Origin: a virus
Direction: 5' to 3' (one strand)
Virus record (IMG/VR): IMGVR_UViG_3300038318_000351
Length of the DNA: 64,000 bases
Part shown: positions 49,637 to 58,712 of the stretch, in pieces
Position numbering within the stretch: the first letter of the stretch is position 1
Layout: the number at the start of each line of letters is the position of its first letter
The notes under the pieces: model-generated
Database searches by the model: none
What the model was told of the DNA's origin: nothing
What the model saw: only the letters and a program-made list of their open reading frames with translations
Made by a program: the position numbers and the translations under genes

Positions 49637-51574
49637 TTATTGATTATGCAATCCTAAATCCGTAAGCTGATTTATAAGCATTTGCTCCCTTTTATCAAGT
49701 TCTGCATCTAACACTATATTCTTAACCACTTGACGTATAATAACTTCAGCAACATTTTTATCAGCGAATGAACTATTAAGAATTCCTCTTACAAAATCTC
49801 CAACATTTGTTTTAGGATCACTCAAAAGTTGTTTTTGAACCATGCTAATTAATTGCAAGGATGTATTAAATATTAATTCATTTTCCCTAATTATATCATT
49901 TTTTTTAGTAGAGTTACTAATTAATTCAGTAAAACGTTTATTCAACTCGGACAATAGAGAATAATTTAACAAAGTAATAAATTGTACCTCTTCACTAGTG
50001 CCGCTAACATTTACTCCCCAAATATAATTCCCCTTGTCAGCAAGAATTTTTACCATATAATCATAAACTTCCGGCGAAAAGTTATCATAGGTATTATCAT
50101 AAGGAGTAACCCTGTTTAAGACGTCAAGGCCGAAAACGAAGTCCTCTAAATCAAGATCCTGTGTTTCTCTTGCAAAAAAATCAATTGGTTTATTGTTAAA
50201 AGAACGAATAACTTTTTCGAAGGCATGTCTGCTTGTATAAGCGACGTCACCGTTGCTTGCGACTTTTACAGACAAAATTTTGTTTAATGGGATATCTCCT
50301 ATAGGTCTTGATAAACAAAAATCCTTTTCTATAATCTGTACCAAAGAAGCAGCATCAAAATCCACCCACTCATACCCATATTTTGCAGTCATCAATAAGA
50401 AATATACTACTGGATGAACATTGTTATTTACAAATATATTTTGTTCATCTAGTTTTTCTTCGGCTGTTTTTTCTTGTTTAATCGGAGACGGAAATTTGTC
50501 ATTTAATCTAGCAATCCCTTTGCGAACTTCTTTTACAAAAAATGATTTAAAAAAATCAGTATCTTTCTTCTCAAAGTGTACAAATCCTTCCTCATTCATT
50601 GAAATCACAGGAAGGCTACTAACTATTTTACCATCTACAACAAAGATCACCCTGTCAGGAAAAAATCCAATTTTAACATTGTTTTTTAAATAGTTCGGGT
50701 TTAGAAATTTACCCTGTAAAGACGATATGTTATTTTCACGCTTGTGAAATGGTAATAAACTTAGCGTATCTGTAATTACACCGGCATATTTATCAAATGG
50801 TCTCTCTAATTTAGCTTCCGCTATCACGCATTCATCCTCATCTTCTAAATCGCTCAGTATAACATTTGCCATCTTCTCAATAATGATATTCGACTTACTG
50901 AAAAAATCTCTGGCTAAAGATGCATAATGATAGAGTTCTATGTCAGTTAAATCATCAAAATCTAAGTCATAACATTCTGACGATTCCTTGTTTATAGCTT
51001 TATTTATACCCATTTGCTTTTCTAGAATTTTTTTGGCAAATGCTTTTTCAGCAAATTGAATTTCAGAGTACATCTTATTTAAGATTAGATTCTTATAATA
51101 AGAGTAGTCCTTTCGTTTCCATGCTTCATACATATCTTCATTCATTTCATCTACTTCGATTGTATCTAAAGGAATGTCTTTCATTTTATCTTTAACTACG
51201 TAAACAACGCTTAACGGCGTAAATATAACTTTTAAATTATTTGAAAGATGTTCCATCTGCTTGTAATAATCATATTGCTCAAATCCTGGATCTTGTCGAT
51301 GGTGTTTTTCTGCGGGCAAAATAATCGGCAATTGCTGTTTTCGCGCTTTATTCTTGGCGAAACTATTACCAAGAACAGCCCCGATAATTGCAGAAGGAAC
51401 TGTCTTAACAAAAAAATTTCCTTTTTGCTTTTGTTTTTTTTCGTCATCCTTTTGATAAAAGCCAGATTCGGCCGGAATTGTAATAGGCATCGGACGGAAT
51501 TCAGGTGTGGGATTTGAAATGCTACTACTGCCAACAGTAGCTTCTTTAAAAAAATTGTTCTCTTCTATTTTCAT
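49637..51574 (-). CDS. Hypothetical head-module protein with internal domain duplication
   Basis: 645 aa; two related segments each followed by a K-x-A-like motif. Confidence 0.7.
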   Translation of the reverse strand: MKIEENNFFKEATVGSSSISNPTPEFRPMPITIPAESGFYQKDDEKKQKQKGNFFVKTVPSAIIGAVLGNSFAKNKARKQQLPIILPAEKHHRQDPGFEQYDYYKQMEHLSNNLKVIFTPLSVVYVVKDKMKDIPLDTIEVDEMNEDMYEAWKRKDYSYYKNLILNKMYSEIQFAEKAFAKKILEKQMGINKAINKESSECYDLDFDDLTDIELYHYASLARDFFSKSNIIIEKMANVILSDLEDEDECVIAEAKLERPFDKYAGVITDTLSLLPFHKRENNISSLQGKFLNPNYLKNNVKIGFFPDRVIFVVDGKIVSSLPVISMNEEGFVHFEKKDTDFFKSFFVKEVRKGIARLNDKFPSPIKQEKTAEEKLDEQNIFVNNNVHPVVYFLLMTAKYGYEWVDFDAASLVQIIEKDFCLSRPIGDIPLNKILSVKVASNGDVAYTSRHAFEKVIRSFNNKPIDFFARETQDLDLEDFVFGLDVLNRVTPYDNTYDNFSPEVYDYMVKILADKGNYIWGVNVSGTSEEVQFITLLNYSLLSELNKRFTELISNSTKKNDIIRENELIFNTSLQLISMVQKQLLSDPKTNVGDFVRGILNSSFADKNVAEVIIRQVVKNIVLDAELDKREQMLINQLTDLGLHNQ

Positions 51575-51615
51575 ATTAAGAAAGGCAGAGGCTTAAGCCC
51601 TGCCTTTTTCACCTC

Positions 51616-51756
51616 CTAATCAGCGGTTGTTTTCACATTTTCTTTCTTTTCTTCTGTCTCCGGCTGCTGCTGCGCTACAGGTTGATTTGTAGTGTTTGAT
51701 TTTAATCCAGCCTTAATCCAATCCGGAGTACCAGGTATATCTCTCATTTCTGCCAT
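51616..51756 (-). CDS. Small hypothetical protein (46 aa)
   Basis: Manual translation MAEMRDIPGTPDWIKAGLKSNTTNQPVAQQQPETEERKENVKTTAD; GGAGGTG RBS; promoter upstream. Confidence 0.65.
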   Translation of the reverse strand: MAEMRDIPGTPDWIKAGLKSNTTNQPVAQQQPETEEKKENVKTTAD

Positions 51757-51786
51757 TTAAAAGCACCTCCATCATTTAATACATTT

Positions 51787-51815
51787 ATTCTATAGCAAAA
51801 AAACTCTCTTGTAAA
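51787..51815 (-). promoter_or_regulatory. sigmaA-type promoter
   Basis: TTTACA-17 bp-TAGAAT upstream of the 46-aa ORF. Confidence 0.6.
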
Positions 51816-51824
51816 GAAAATATA

Positions 51825-53231
51825 TTATTCCTTCATCCTGCGTTGTTTTAGAATACCTTGTTTTAAATCATCGTAGTTAATTAAAGATATTTGCTTTTGC
51901 ATTTCTTTCTTTTTCTGTTTTTCAGTATCGGTATTTTCGATACTTTTTTTGATATTCTTCTCAGTCTTCTCAACAGAAGAAGCTATTTTTACTAAGTCAT
52001 CCAGTTTTTGAGAAGCTTTTTTGCTAATCCCAGAACCATTAGTTTGGACAATAATACGAGCCATGCCATTAGGTAAAGGCGCATTTATCGGTGTATTTTT
52101 TTTACTTGATTTTTTCTTTTCCAACCCACCTTTAATATTCCTGCCTGTGACATTAATAACAATTGCCGGTAATATTGTAGTTCCTAATCCACGCGCTACT
52201 CTTCTGGGCAGCGTATCTAATGCCCATTCTTTCCATGATAAACTCTTTGGATGCTGCATTTCAGAAGCTTGTTTTGGCATACGGGATTCTTTTTTTTTAT
52301 TATTCCCATACAGATAGTCTATTGGGATATCAATCACAGCTTGCGTAACATCTGAATTGTTTGGCGATATCTGTTTTGGAATATCGTATTTTTTCTTTTT
52401 GTTATTTCCATACAGATATTCTATTGGTACATCAATAACAACCTGTGTAACATTCGAATCGTGATCCGTAGACTCATCAGAATGCCTACTTTTACTCTTA
52501 TTTGTAAAATATCTAAGAGCTGCGGGCGTGGCTGAATAAGGTATCGATTCTATTCCACCACGTATAAAATCATCCCTAATTATACTTTTAAGCCTATCAC
52601 TTGCAGTTTTTTCAAACATCTTGTCAATAAACTCACTAGTAGTAGCATCTTTATGAAATGTTCTACACACTGGTTTTGTGCCAGTTTTTATAACATCAAG
52701 AATATTGCGTACAGTCTTATTTTTGCCAATAGTCTTTCTTGGAATTTTATGAATAAACTTTTCCGTTCCTTTTCTTGCGCTGTTAACGGGAGCCATAGGA
52801 TCTTTTGTAAGCAAGGCTTGTAACGCAGCGGAACCTAATACAGCACCACCCGCTGTAAGATAAGGATTAAGAGAAGATTTGTCATTATCATTAATTTCCC
52901 TTAAATGAATTTCTTCTTTTGCGTCATAAGGTTTATTTTTGTTGTATGGGCGTCTATCTCTGTTACCGCGATTATAACCTTTTTGTTGCCGATTATCCGA
53001 TGCTACTTTATAAAGAAAATCAATTTTTTCTCCAGCATTTCGAAACATGGGATTTATATTTACTGCGTTTCTCACTCCTCCGCCCCCGGGAGCCTTGATA
53101 ATTTGATTTTTTAGGATTTTATCATATTTATTTGTTCCGGCCTTTAATTGCTGTTTAGCATTTTTATCAGTATCTTTTGCAGTTCTAGCAATTTCTTGAC
53201 CAGTAAAAATCGCTGTGATTGGGTCCATCAT
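51825..53231 (-). CDS. Basic, Lys-rich putative internal head protein
   Basis: GAAAGGAG RBS before ATG 53231; KVAS, KTAS, KQAS, KKAS, KIAS motifs; 34-aa tandem duplication. Confidence 0.65.
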   Translation of the reverse strand: MMDPITAIFTGQEIARTAKDTDKNAKQQLKAGTNKYDKILKNQIIKAPGGGGVRNAVNINPMFRNAGEKIDFLYKVASDNRQQKGYNRGNRDRRPYNKNKPYDAKEEIHLREINDNDKSSLNPYLTAGGAVLGSAALQALLTKDPMAPVNSARKGTEKFIHKIPRKTIGKNKTVRNILDVIKTGTKPVCRTFHKDATTSEFIDKMFEKTASDRLKSIIRDDFIRGGIESIPYSATPAALRYFTNKSKSRHSDESTDHDSNVTQVVIDVPIEYLYGNNKKKKYDIPKQISPNNSDVTQAVIDIPIDYLYGNNKKKESRMPKQASEMQHPKSLSWKEWALDTLPRRVARGLGTTILPAIVINVTGRNIKGGLEKKKSSKKNTPINAPLPNGMARIIVQTNGSGISKKASQKLDDLVKIASSVEKTEKNIKKSIENTDTEKQKKKEMQKQISLINYDDLKQGILKQRRMKE

Positions 53232-53347
53232 AATTCTCCTTTCGGTCTTTTTATATATTAAAATTAAGGCATTTCCTTTTATAATCAAGGAAATGCCTTA
53301 AGCCTTTAGCAACTAAAGGAAATCCTTTAGTACGTATTGGATTGTCG

Positions 53348-53686
53348 TTAGTCGTCTAGCAAGCCATAATCGTTAAATATCTTGATTGCAGCTTCCTTAT
53401 ATACTTGAGCTTCTTCGAGTACGTTGTTAGCTGCCTTTTCCATAGCATCGGCATCTTCGAATACAGCAGCAGCTTTTTGGATAGCTGCAATAATGTATTC
53501 CTCTGCTTCCTTATCTTCTTCATCCTTAGTATCATCCTCGGTATCTTTGTCCCTTTTTTGTTCCTTTTCTTCTGTATCGGTATTATCTTTCTTCTCTTCG
53601 TCTTCCAACTTCTCGGCGATAGCATCATTTACAATTTCTTCTGCAAGCTTCTCTACGAATTCATTATATTCTGCCTGTTTAAGCAT
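53348..53686 (-). CDS. Small acidic protein with K-x-A motifs
   Basis: AGGAGG RBS; KQA, KLA, KAA, KAA, KEA in 112 aa. Confidence 0.7.
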   Translation of the reverse strand: MLKQAEYNEFVEKLAEEIVNDAIAEKLEDEEKKDNTDTEEKEQKRDKDTEDDTKDEEDKEAEEYIIAAIQKAAAVFEDADAMEKAANNVLEEAQVYKEAAIKIFNDYGLLDD

Positions 53687-53786
53687 AGCGATTAATCCTC
53701 CTTTTAATAAAATAACATGCTTTGTTTATCTTTTTTTATTATAACCTTTTATAGCGTTACTTTTCAAGTACACAGTGAACAGAATT

Positions 53787-55469
53787 TTAATAATATATGC
53801 CTGAATTCTGTTTTTGCTTACGTTTTTTTGCTTCGTTTAAACCAATTCCAACACCTGTGCCGACTAAAGCGGCACCTCTTGCTTTCTTCCTGGAAGCGAT
53901 CGCTTTATTATATGCTTTTTCTGCATCCTTTACTGCTTTACTAGCGCCTTCAATATCGATTTCATTTTCGATATTAGAAAGTTTTCTCTGAGCGTTATCA
54001 ATTTGGTCAACTAAATCTCGTTTTATTCTCTTAGTCTGCTGCTTGGTCATATTCTGCGCTCTTTTAAGTTCCTGTTTACCAGCAGACAAATCTAATTTTG
54101 CTTTTATTGCACTGGGAGAAAAATATTTTGATGGATTTAAAGGACCTTTTAAAGCGTTTTCATTGATCACTTTATCAGCTTTGCTAGTAACTCCATCGTA
54201 CTTATTGAATGCTTTATTTAAAACTTCATTTGCTTCTTCCATACGAGGATGAATATCTACGTTTCTTTTTGCCTTAGTAAGTGTATCTAGTGTCTTTTTA
54301 GCACTCACCAGTCTATCATCGTTTATTTTCTTTGACAATGATTCAGTGGTATCCTTAAGACCTTTTTTTGCTTTTCTGACATTGGATCCAGTCAACGCTT
54401 TACCAAACGCAATGATACCCTTGCCAGCAGATGCAATTTTTTCAGCCTGATCTTCTGTAATCCCTGCCGATTTAATTAAATCGTCTTTTTTGTGCAGGTT
54501 ATCTTTTACCGCTTTAGTATTAGTCGAAATATCATTTACCTGCTGAACTAAATCAACTATATTACGAATTGTTGCTTCATCTGTAATGACAACCGGTAAA
54601 GTCTGATTACTGCTTGTAACAAATTCTGCTTCTTTCATAAAGGAATATTGTTTTAACGAAAATTCATTTGATTCCTTTACGGTATCTACAAAATCTAATT
54701 TCAATTCATAATTATCAGGGAGTGTTTTAGCTTCCTTCATAATAGCAATTTGATTTTCTGTAGCAGTTTTTATCATTAACTGCGTTTTCGGATTACACTC
54801 CGCCCTTTTACATACTTCGTCAAAGATATTTTGTGCGTTTAAACCATGTACGGAATACTGAATAAGAGCATTCGCAACTGTATGTGAACTTGAAGCAACT
54901 TTCTCAACATACTTATTAATTTGTTGATCAATTGCCTGCAACTCTGTAACAGCTTCTTCCAGTTTAATGTTATCTTTTGTCCTCTTTAATTCCGGAGATA
55001 ACGAACCAAACTCATAGGATAGCGAATTAAACATATTTGGCATATCTCCACTATTATCTTCCCAGCTAGCTTTCTTTTCTAAACTATGATTGTTATTTAA
55101 ACCGGCCTCTTGATTTATAGCTTGATTTTTTTCTACGGATTCAGTGTTACCCGTAACCTCTTCTTTAATTTTTTTTAAAGACGCTAAGTCGAATACAACA
55201 TCTCTATCAGGAGAGTTTTTCATCTGATTATACTTAATTAAGTATACCTGATTATTCACTTCTTCTACTATTCGCTGTATTTGATCATCATTTAAGTTAT
55301 CATTCTTCGCAATTTTAGCAATAGACTTATTTAGGTCTATATTATATTTCATGTAATCGTCTACAACTTTATTTCTATAAATATTTAGTTTACGAGTGAA
55401 ATCTCCGTTTACTGTTTTGCTGCCTACAGTATCAAATCCATTTGATAATGCTTCTAATAATGATGGCAA
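53787..55469 (-). CDS. Putative internal head protein with K-x-A motifs and basic C-terminal module
   Basis: GGAGGTG RBS before TTG; KKAS, KVAS, KTAT, KEAE, KIAS; C-terminal Gly-rich hydrophobic segment. Confidence 0.7.
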   Translation of the reverse strand: MPSLLEALSNGFDTVGSKTVNGDFTRKLNIYRNKVVDDYMKYNIDLNKSIAKIAKNDNLNDDQIQRIVEEVNNQVYLIKYNQMKNSPDRDVVFDLASLKKIKEEVTGNTESVEKNQAINQEAGLNNNHSLEKKASWEDNSGDMPNMFNSLSYEFGSLSPELKRTKDNIKLEEAVTELQAIDQQINKYVEKVASSSHTVANALIQYSVHGLNAQNIFDEVCKRAECNPKTQLMIKTATENQIAIMKEAKTLPDNYELKLDFVDTVKESNEFSLKQYSFMKEAEFVTSSNQTLPVVITDEATIRNIVDLVQQVNDISTNTKAVKDNLHKKDDLIKSAGITEDQAEKIASAGKGIIAFGKALTGSNVRKAKKGLKDTTESLSKKINDDRLVSAKKTLDTLTKAKRNVDIHPRMEEANEVLNKAFNKYDGVTSKADKVINENALKGPLNPSKYFSPSAIKAKLDLSAGKQELKRAQNMTKQQTKRIKRDLVDQIDNAQRKLSNIENEIDIEGASKAVKDAEKAYNKAIASRKKARGAALVGTGVGIGLNEAKKRKQKQNSGIYY

Positions 55470-55560
55470 ATGAATTCACCTCCCGTTTCTTTCTACCACT
55501 ATTATATGTGTTCTATTATAAAAAAACAAGTTTAGCAATTTTAAAAGCCTAGCATTTCTA

Positions 55561-55577
55561 GTATAAGTAATAAAACA
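55561..55577 (+). promoter_or_regulatory. TTTTAAAA-14-GTATAAG-WAATAAAACA promoter-like motif
   Basis: GTATAAGTAATAAAACA; TTTTAAAA lies 14 bp upstream. Confidence 0.6.
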
Positions 55578-55607
55578 AAACAATATTAAATACAGGAGGA
55601 AACAAAT

Positions 55608-55808
55608 ATGAAAGTAAAAAAACCAGGGAACACAGAAATAAAAATAGAGAAGGCATTTGATTTAGGATCAAAAGCAACAAAGGCAATAATAGGCTTAGGA
55701 GTTTCAGTAACAATGGCAGTAATAACAGAAAAAGTAACTGATATGAATGGAGCATACATTGATAAAAGAGTACAAGGCATTAAAAAAGAAATATTCGAAA
55801 AACATTAA
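55608..55808 (+). CDS. Small cassette protein with hydrophobic segment (66 aa)
   Basis: AGGAGG RBS, promoter motif and terminator; AIIGLGVSVTMAVI. Confidence 0.7.
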   Translation: MKVKKPGNTEIKIEKAFDLGSKATKAIIGLGVSVTMAVITEKVTDMNGAYIDKRVQGIKKEIFEKH

Positions 55809-55832
55809 ATGTGAAATATTCTAAAATACAAA

Positions 55833-55852
55833 AGGGTGATATATATCACCCT
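55833..55852. terminator. Terminator-like palindrome
   Basis: AGGGTGATATATATCACCCT with flanking AAAATAC/GTATTTT. Confidence 0.65.
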
Positions 55853-55898
55853 GGTATTTTTTGCAATATTATAAAATATTTTTTAAGGAGGATTTAAG

Positions 55899-56243
55899 AT
55901 GGAAGAAAACAGTTTATTAACAACAGCAGTAAATTGTGGCGGCCAACACAGCGGATTAAAAGTATTAACGGGTATAGGTTTATTGGCAGGCGGTAGCCTA
56001 ATAGGAACTTTAGGAACCCAGGCATATAACCGTAAACGCTATAGCAAAGAAAGAAGAGCTGAATTATTATTACTATGGTTACTGAAAAATGTAAGAATTA
56101 ATGTTAACCAGAATGAGGCAGAAATACGGATTGGCGTTGCGAGATTATCTTTTGACAGAAGTGCGAAAAAAGATAACAATATCGGGAAAGAAAGCAATTC
56201 TTATTACACCCAAGTGGACGATGAAGACATTGATATACAATAA
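55899..56243 (+). CDS. Small membrane-associated hypothetical protein
   Basis: AAGGAGG RBS; VLTGIGLLAGGSLIGTLG hydrophobic segment. Confidence 0.7.
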   Translation: MEENSLLTTAVNCGGQHSGLKVLTGIGLLAGGSLIGTLGTQAYNRKRYSKERRAELLLLWLLKNVRINVNQNEAEIRIGVARLSFDRSAKKDNNIGKESNSYYTQVDDEDIDIQ

Positions 56244-56270
56244 AAATATTTTAAAAAGATTGTATTTTTG

Positions 56271-56287
56271 GTATAAGAAATAAAACA
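56271..56287 (+). promoter_or_regulatory. TTTTAAAA-14-GTATAAG-WAATAAAACA promoter-like motif
   Basis: GTATAAGAAATAAAACA; TTTTAAAA lies 14 bp upstream. Confidence 0.6.
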
Positions 56288-56320
56288 AAATAACCATAAA
56301 AAAATAAGGAGGAACAGATT

Positions 56321-56656
56321 ATGAAATTGAACAAAGTATTAAATGTAACAAAGGAAATGGGAAAGGCAATGGTAACAAAGCAAAATGCAATAACAGCAGC
56401 AAAGATACTCGGTGGAGTAGCTATAGGAATAGGAACAACAATGGTAGAGAAGAAAAGTAACATGTTTGGCGGTAAAACAGTAGTTAAGCACAACAAGAAA
56501 ATCGCAGTTAAGAATTGTGATAACAAGAAAATTGCAGTAGTAGGAACCGGAATAGGTTTGGGAGTAACAGCAGTAATAGCAGCTAAGAACGCAATACCAC
56601 ACATTAAAAGTGTAATGAAAGTAGCAGGAGAGGTTGCGGAAGAAGTTATCGAATAA
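56321..56656 (+). CDS. Small cassette protein with two Gly-rich hydrophobic segments (111 aa)
   Basis: AAGGAGG RBS; ILGGVAIGIG and VVGTGIGLGVTAVIA; GGGCAGC/GCTGCCC hairpin at 56671-56688. Confidence 0.7.
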   Translation: MKLNKVLNVTKEMGKAMVTKQNAITAAKILGGVAIGIGTTMVEKKSNMFGGKTVVKHNKKIAVKNCDNKKIAVVGTGIGLGVTAVIAAKNAIPHIKSVMKVAGEVAEEVIE

Positions 56657-56713
56657 ATAAAAAAATAAATGGGCAGCTCATGCTGCCCAATATTTTATAA
56701 GGGGGATGTATGT

Positions 56714-56929
56714 ATGTGTTTTACAGATATAGATGATATATTATACGAAAAGAGAGATCGGATAATTAAAAACTTACGCGAAAGAATGGATGAGATACCT
56801 TTATTAGAGGATATAGTAGAGGAATTATCAGAGATCAAAATTGGAGACGGTAAAAATGTAAAAGTCACAATTGTAAAACAAGACTTTAAAAAATGCGAAA
56901 ATACAACATATGAAAAAATATTAAAGTAA
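56714..56929 (+). CDS. Small hypothetical protein (71 aa)
   Basis: AAGGGGG RBS before ATG 56714. Confidence 0.6.
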   Translation: MCFTDIDDILYEKRDRIIKNLRERMDEIPLLEDIVEELSEIKIGDGKNVKVTIVKQDFKKCENTTYEKILK

Positions 56930-56931
56930 AG

Positions 56932-56960
56932 AAGAAAGTAGGGCAATGCCCTACTTTCTT
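56932..56960. terminator. Bidirectional terminator (GGGCAATGCCC core)
   Basis: AAGAAAGTAGGGC-AAT-GCCCTACTTTCTT between convergent genes. Confidence 0.75.
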
Positions 56961-58582
56961 TACACGTTTACTCCATAAACATTTGAGAATTCAACCGCTT
57001 TTCCGCCGCCAGATCCTTTACCATATAGTTTAGAGGCGAGATAAGCATAAACTCCGGAATGCAATCCATCATCTGGCTGTCCTTCTGGATGAGTATACAT
57101 AAGATCCTCTGACCTCCCGTTCATTGACTTACGATATTCGGCAAGCTCCACTAAGTGATGATCAAACAACCAAGAATACTTTGCTTTATCGGCTCCTGGC
57201 CATAAGATATCTTGGCTATGTATTGCGGTAACATACTGTTGCATTACTTCGGTACGATTTACAACCCACATACATTTCTGCGGGTTGTATTTTGCTTTTT
57301 GATTCTGGTTAAAAGAATAGTAACATGCCGCAACACGATTTCCAAAAATTGATCTCATTTTTTTGTATTGTACAAATCCAAAACCCCAGTCAACTATTGC
57401 ATACGCAATTTTAAACAATTTCATAAGGTTACATATATCTCTTAATTGCCAATCTGGATCAATCTCTTCTCCTGTGTCATATCTCTTAACGTACAGCAGT
57501 TGAAATTTGCCTGCGGAATTATAAGAATATATGCTTACTATGGTATATGATTTTTCTCCTGTACCCCAATCAACGCCCATAAAGTTTTTAGTGTTGGCAA
57601 ATTCTCGTTCGGCTCTTGGATACATTTTTAAAGTGTTATTACTAATACTTGCAAGTACTAAAGAATTAAATGGCTTTTCGGCATTTTCATAACTACGACC
57701 TAATACCTCGTTATAAAATTTATCTGGTGCATAGGTTGTATATTTGCTCCAAATATCATCTGCCTGAATCCATGGAACCATTAATTGCGATATTCGAAAA
57801 CCTTTTAATTTTTTACCCGGTTGAAGTTCATACCAAAAGCCGTTAATTATGCTTTCTTTTGGTAATTCTTTTTTACATTTGCAGCACACAAACTTCGTCG
57901 GCTCAAGATTCTTGATGCCCATAATCTGATGCGTTCCACAATGGGGGCATTTGATTATCCACTCCGACTGAGTGGATCTATCCCAATATTGCTGTATTGT
58001 GTTGCTGTACGTCTTAGGTGTTCCAGTGTACCATGTTATACGCATTCTGGCTCCAGCATCTAATGCATGGGCCTGTGTCTCTTTTATAACGGGAATTGCG
58101 TCAATATGAATATCCTGAATTTCATCGCCCCACACGCCATTTACCGTAATACCACGAATATTGTCAGCCATCCCAAAACAGTGTTTAAAATAATTAACGG
58201 ATCCATTGCGGAACTCCTTAAATTGCACCGCCTGCGAATCATGGGTTCCTATAAAATTGTCTCTTACAACTTGATCTTGACTGTATTCATACAATTTTCC
58301 GATTCTCTCTTTGGAAAATTCACGCACCTGCGATGTTAATGGTGCGAAATACAGCGCTTTAAAATGAGGCACTAATAAAGTATACGACCCCATCATAGTA
58401 GAATTGGTGGTAGATTTTTCTACTTGCCTACCCGACATAATCATGCCTTCCTCGATGTTTGCATCGTAGATGGGTTTTAAATAATGACGATTTGTTAAGC
58501 GAAAAGGACGACCATCTAATTGAAACGTGGCTTCGGCAAACACTGAAGGTATGATTTGGGCTATTTTTGACACATCGCTCAT
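56960..58582 (-). CDS. terL: Terminase large subunit
   Basis: RHYLKPIY adenine-binding region, GRQVEKST Walker A, VWGDEIQD Walker B, GTPKT, CPHC/CCKC zinc ribbon, nuclease MGVDWG and DDGLHS. Confidence 0.85.
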   Translation of the reverse strand: MSDVSKIAQIIPSVFAEATFQLDGRPFRLTNRHYLKPIYDANIEEGMIMSGRQVEKSTTNSTMMGSYTLLVPHFKALYFAPLTSQVREFSKERIGKLYEYSQDQVVRDNFIGTHDSQAVQFKEFRNGSVNYFKHCFGMADNIRGITVNGVWGDEIQDIHIDAIPVIKETQAHALDAGARMRITWYTGTPKTYSNTIQQYWDRSTQSEWIIKCPHCGTHQIMGIKNLEPTKFVCCKCKKELPKESIINGFWYELQPGKKLKGFRISQLMVPWIQADDIWSKYTTYAPDKFYNEVLGRSYENAEKPFNSLVLASISNNTLKMYPRAEREFANTKNFMGVDWGTGEKSYTIVSIYSYNSAGKFQLLYVKRYDTGEEIDPDWQLRDICNLMKLFKIAYAIVDWGFGFVQYKKMRSIFGNRVAACYYSFNQNQKAKYNPQKCMWVVNRTEVMQQYVTAIHSQDILWPGADKAKYSWLFDHHLVELAEYRKSMNGRSEDLMYTHPEGQPDDGLHSGVYAYLASKLYGKGSGGGKAVEFSNVYGVNV

Positions 58583-58606
58583 GAAATCACCGCCTTTACA
58601 ATACCA

Positions 58607-58615
58607 ATTATAGCA
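58607..58615 (-). promoter_or_regulatory. Extended -10 element upstream of terL
   Basis: TGCTATAAT about 25 bp upstream of the start codon. Confidence 0.45.
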
Positions 58616-58677
58616 TAAGCACTATAAATTTAGTAATCAATGGATATCTTGATTTTAGTATGTTAAGAATATTTACG

Positions 58678-58694
58678 GTATAAGAAATAAAACA
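58678..58694 (+). promoter_or_regulatory. GTATAAG-WAATAAAACA promoter-like motif
   Basis: GTATAAGAAATAAAACA followed by AAGGAGG RBS. Confidence 0.6.
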
Positions 58695-58712
58695 GGATAA
58701 GGAGGATATAAA

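Noticed and set aside
40509-58582. Inteins or self-splicing introns in RNAP, portal or terminase
   Set aside because: Conserved motifs follow in order without large insertions, and I found no intein-like termini or LAGLIDADG/HNH ORFs.
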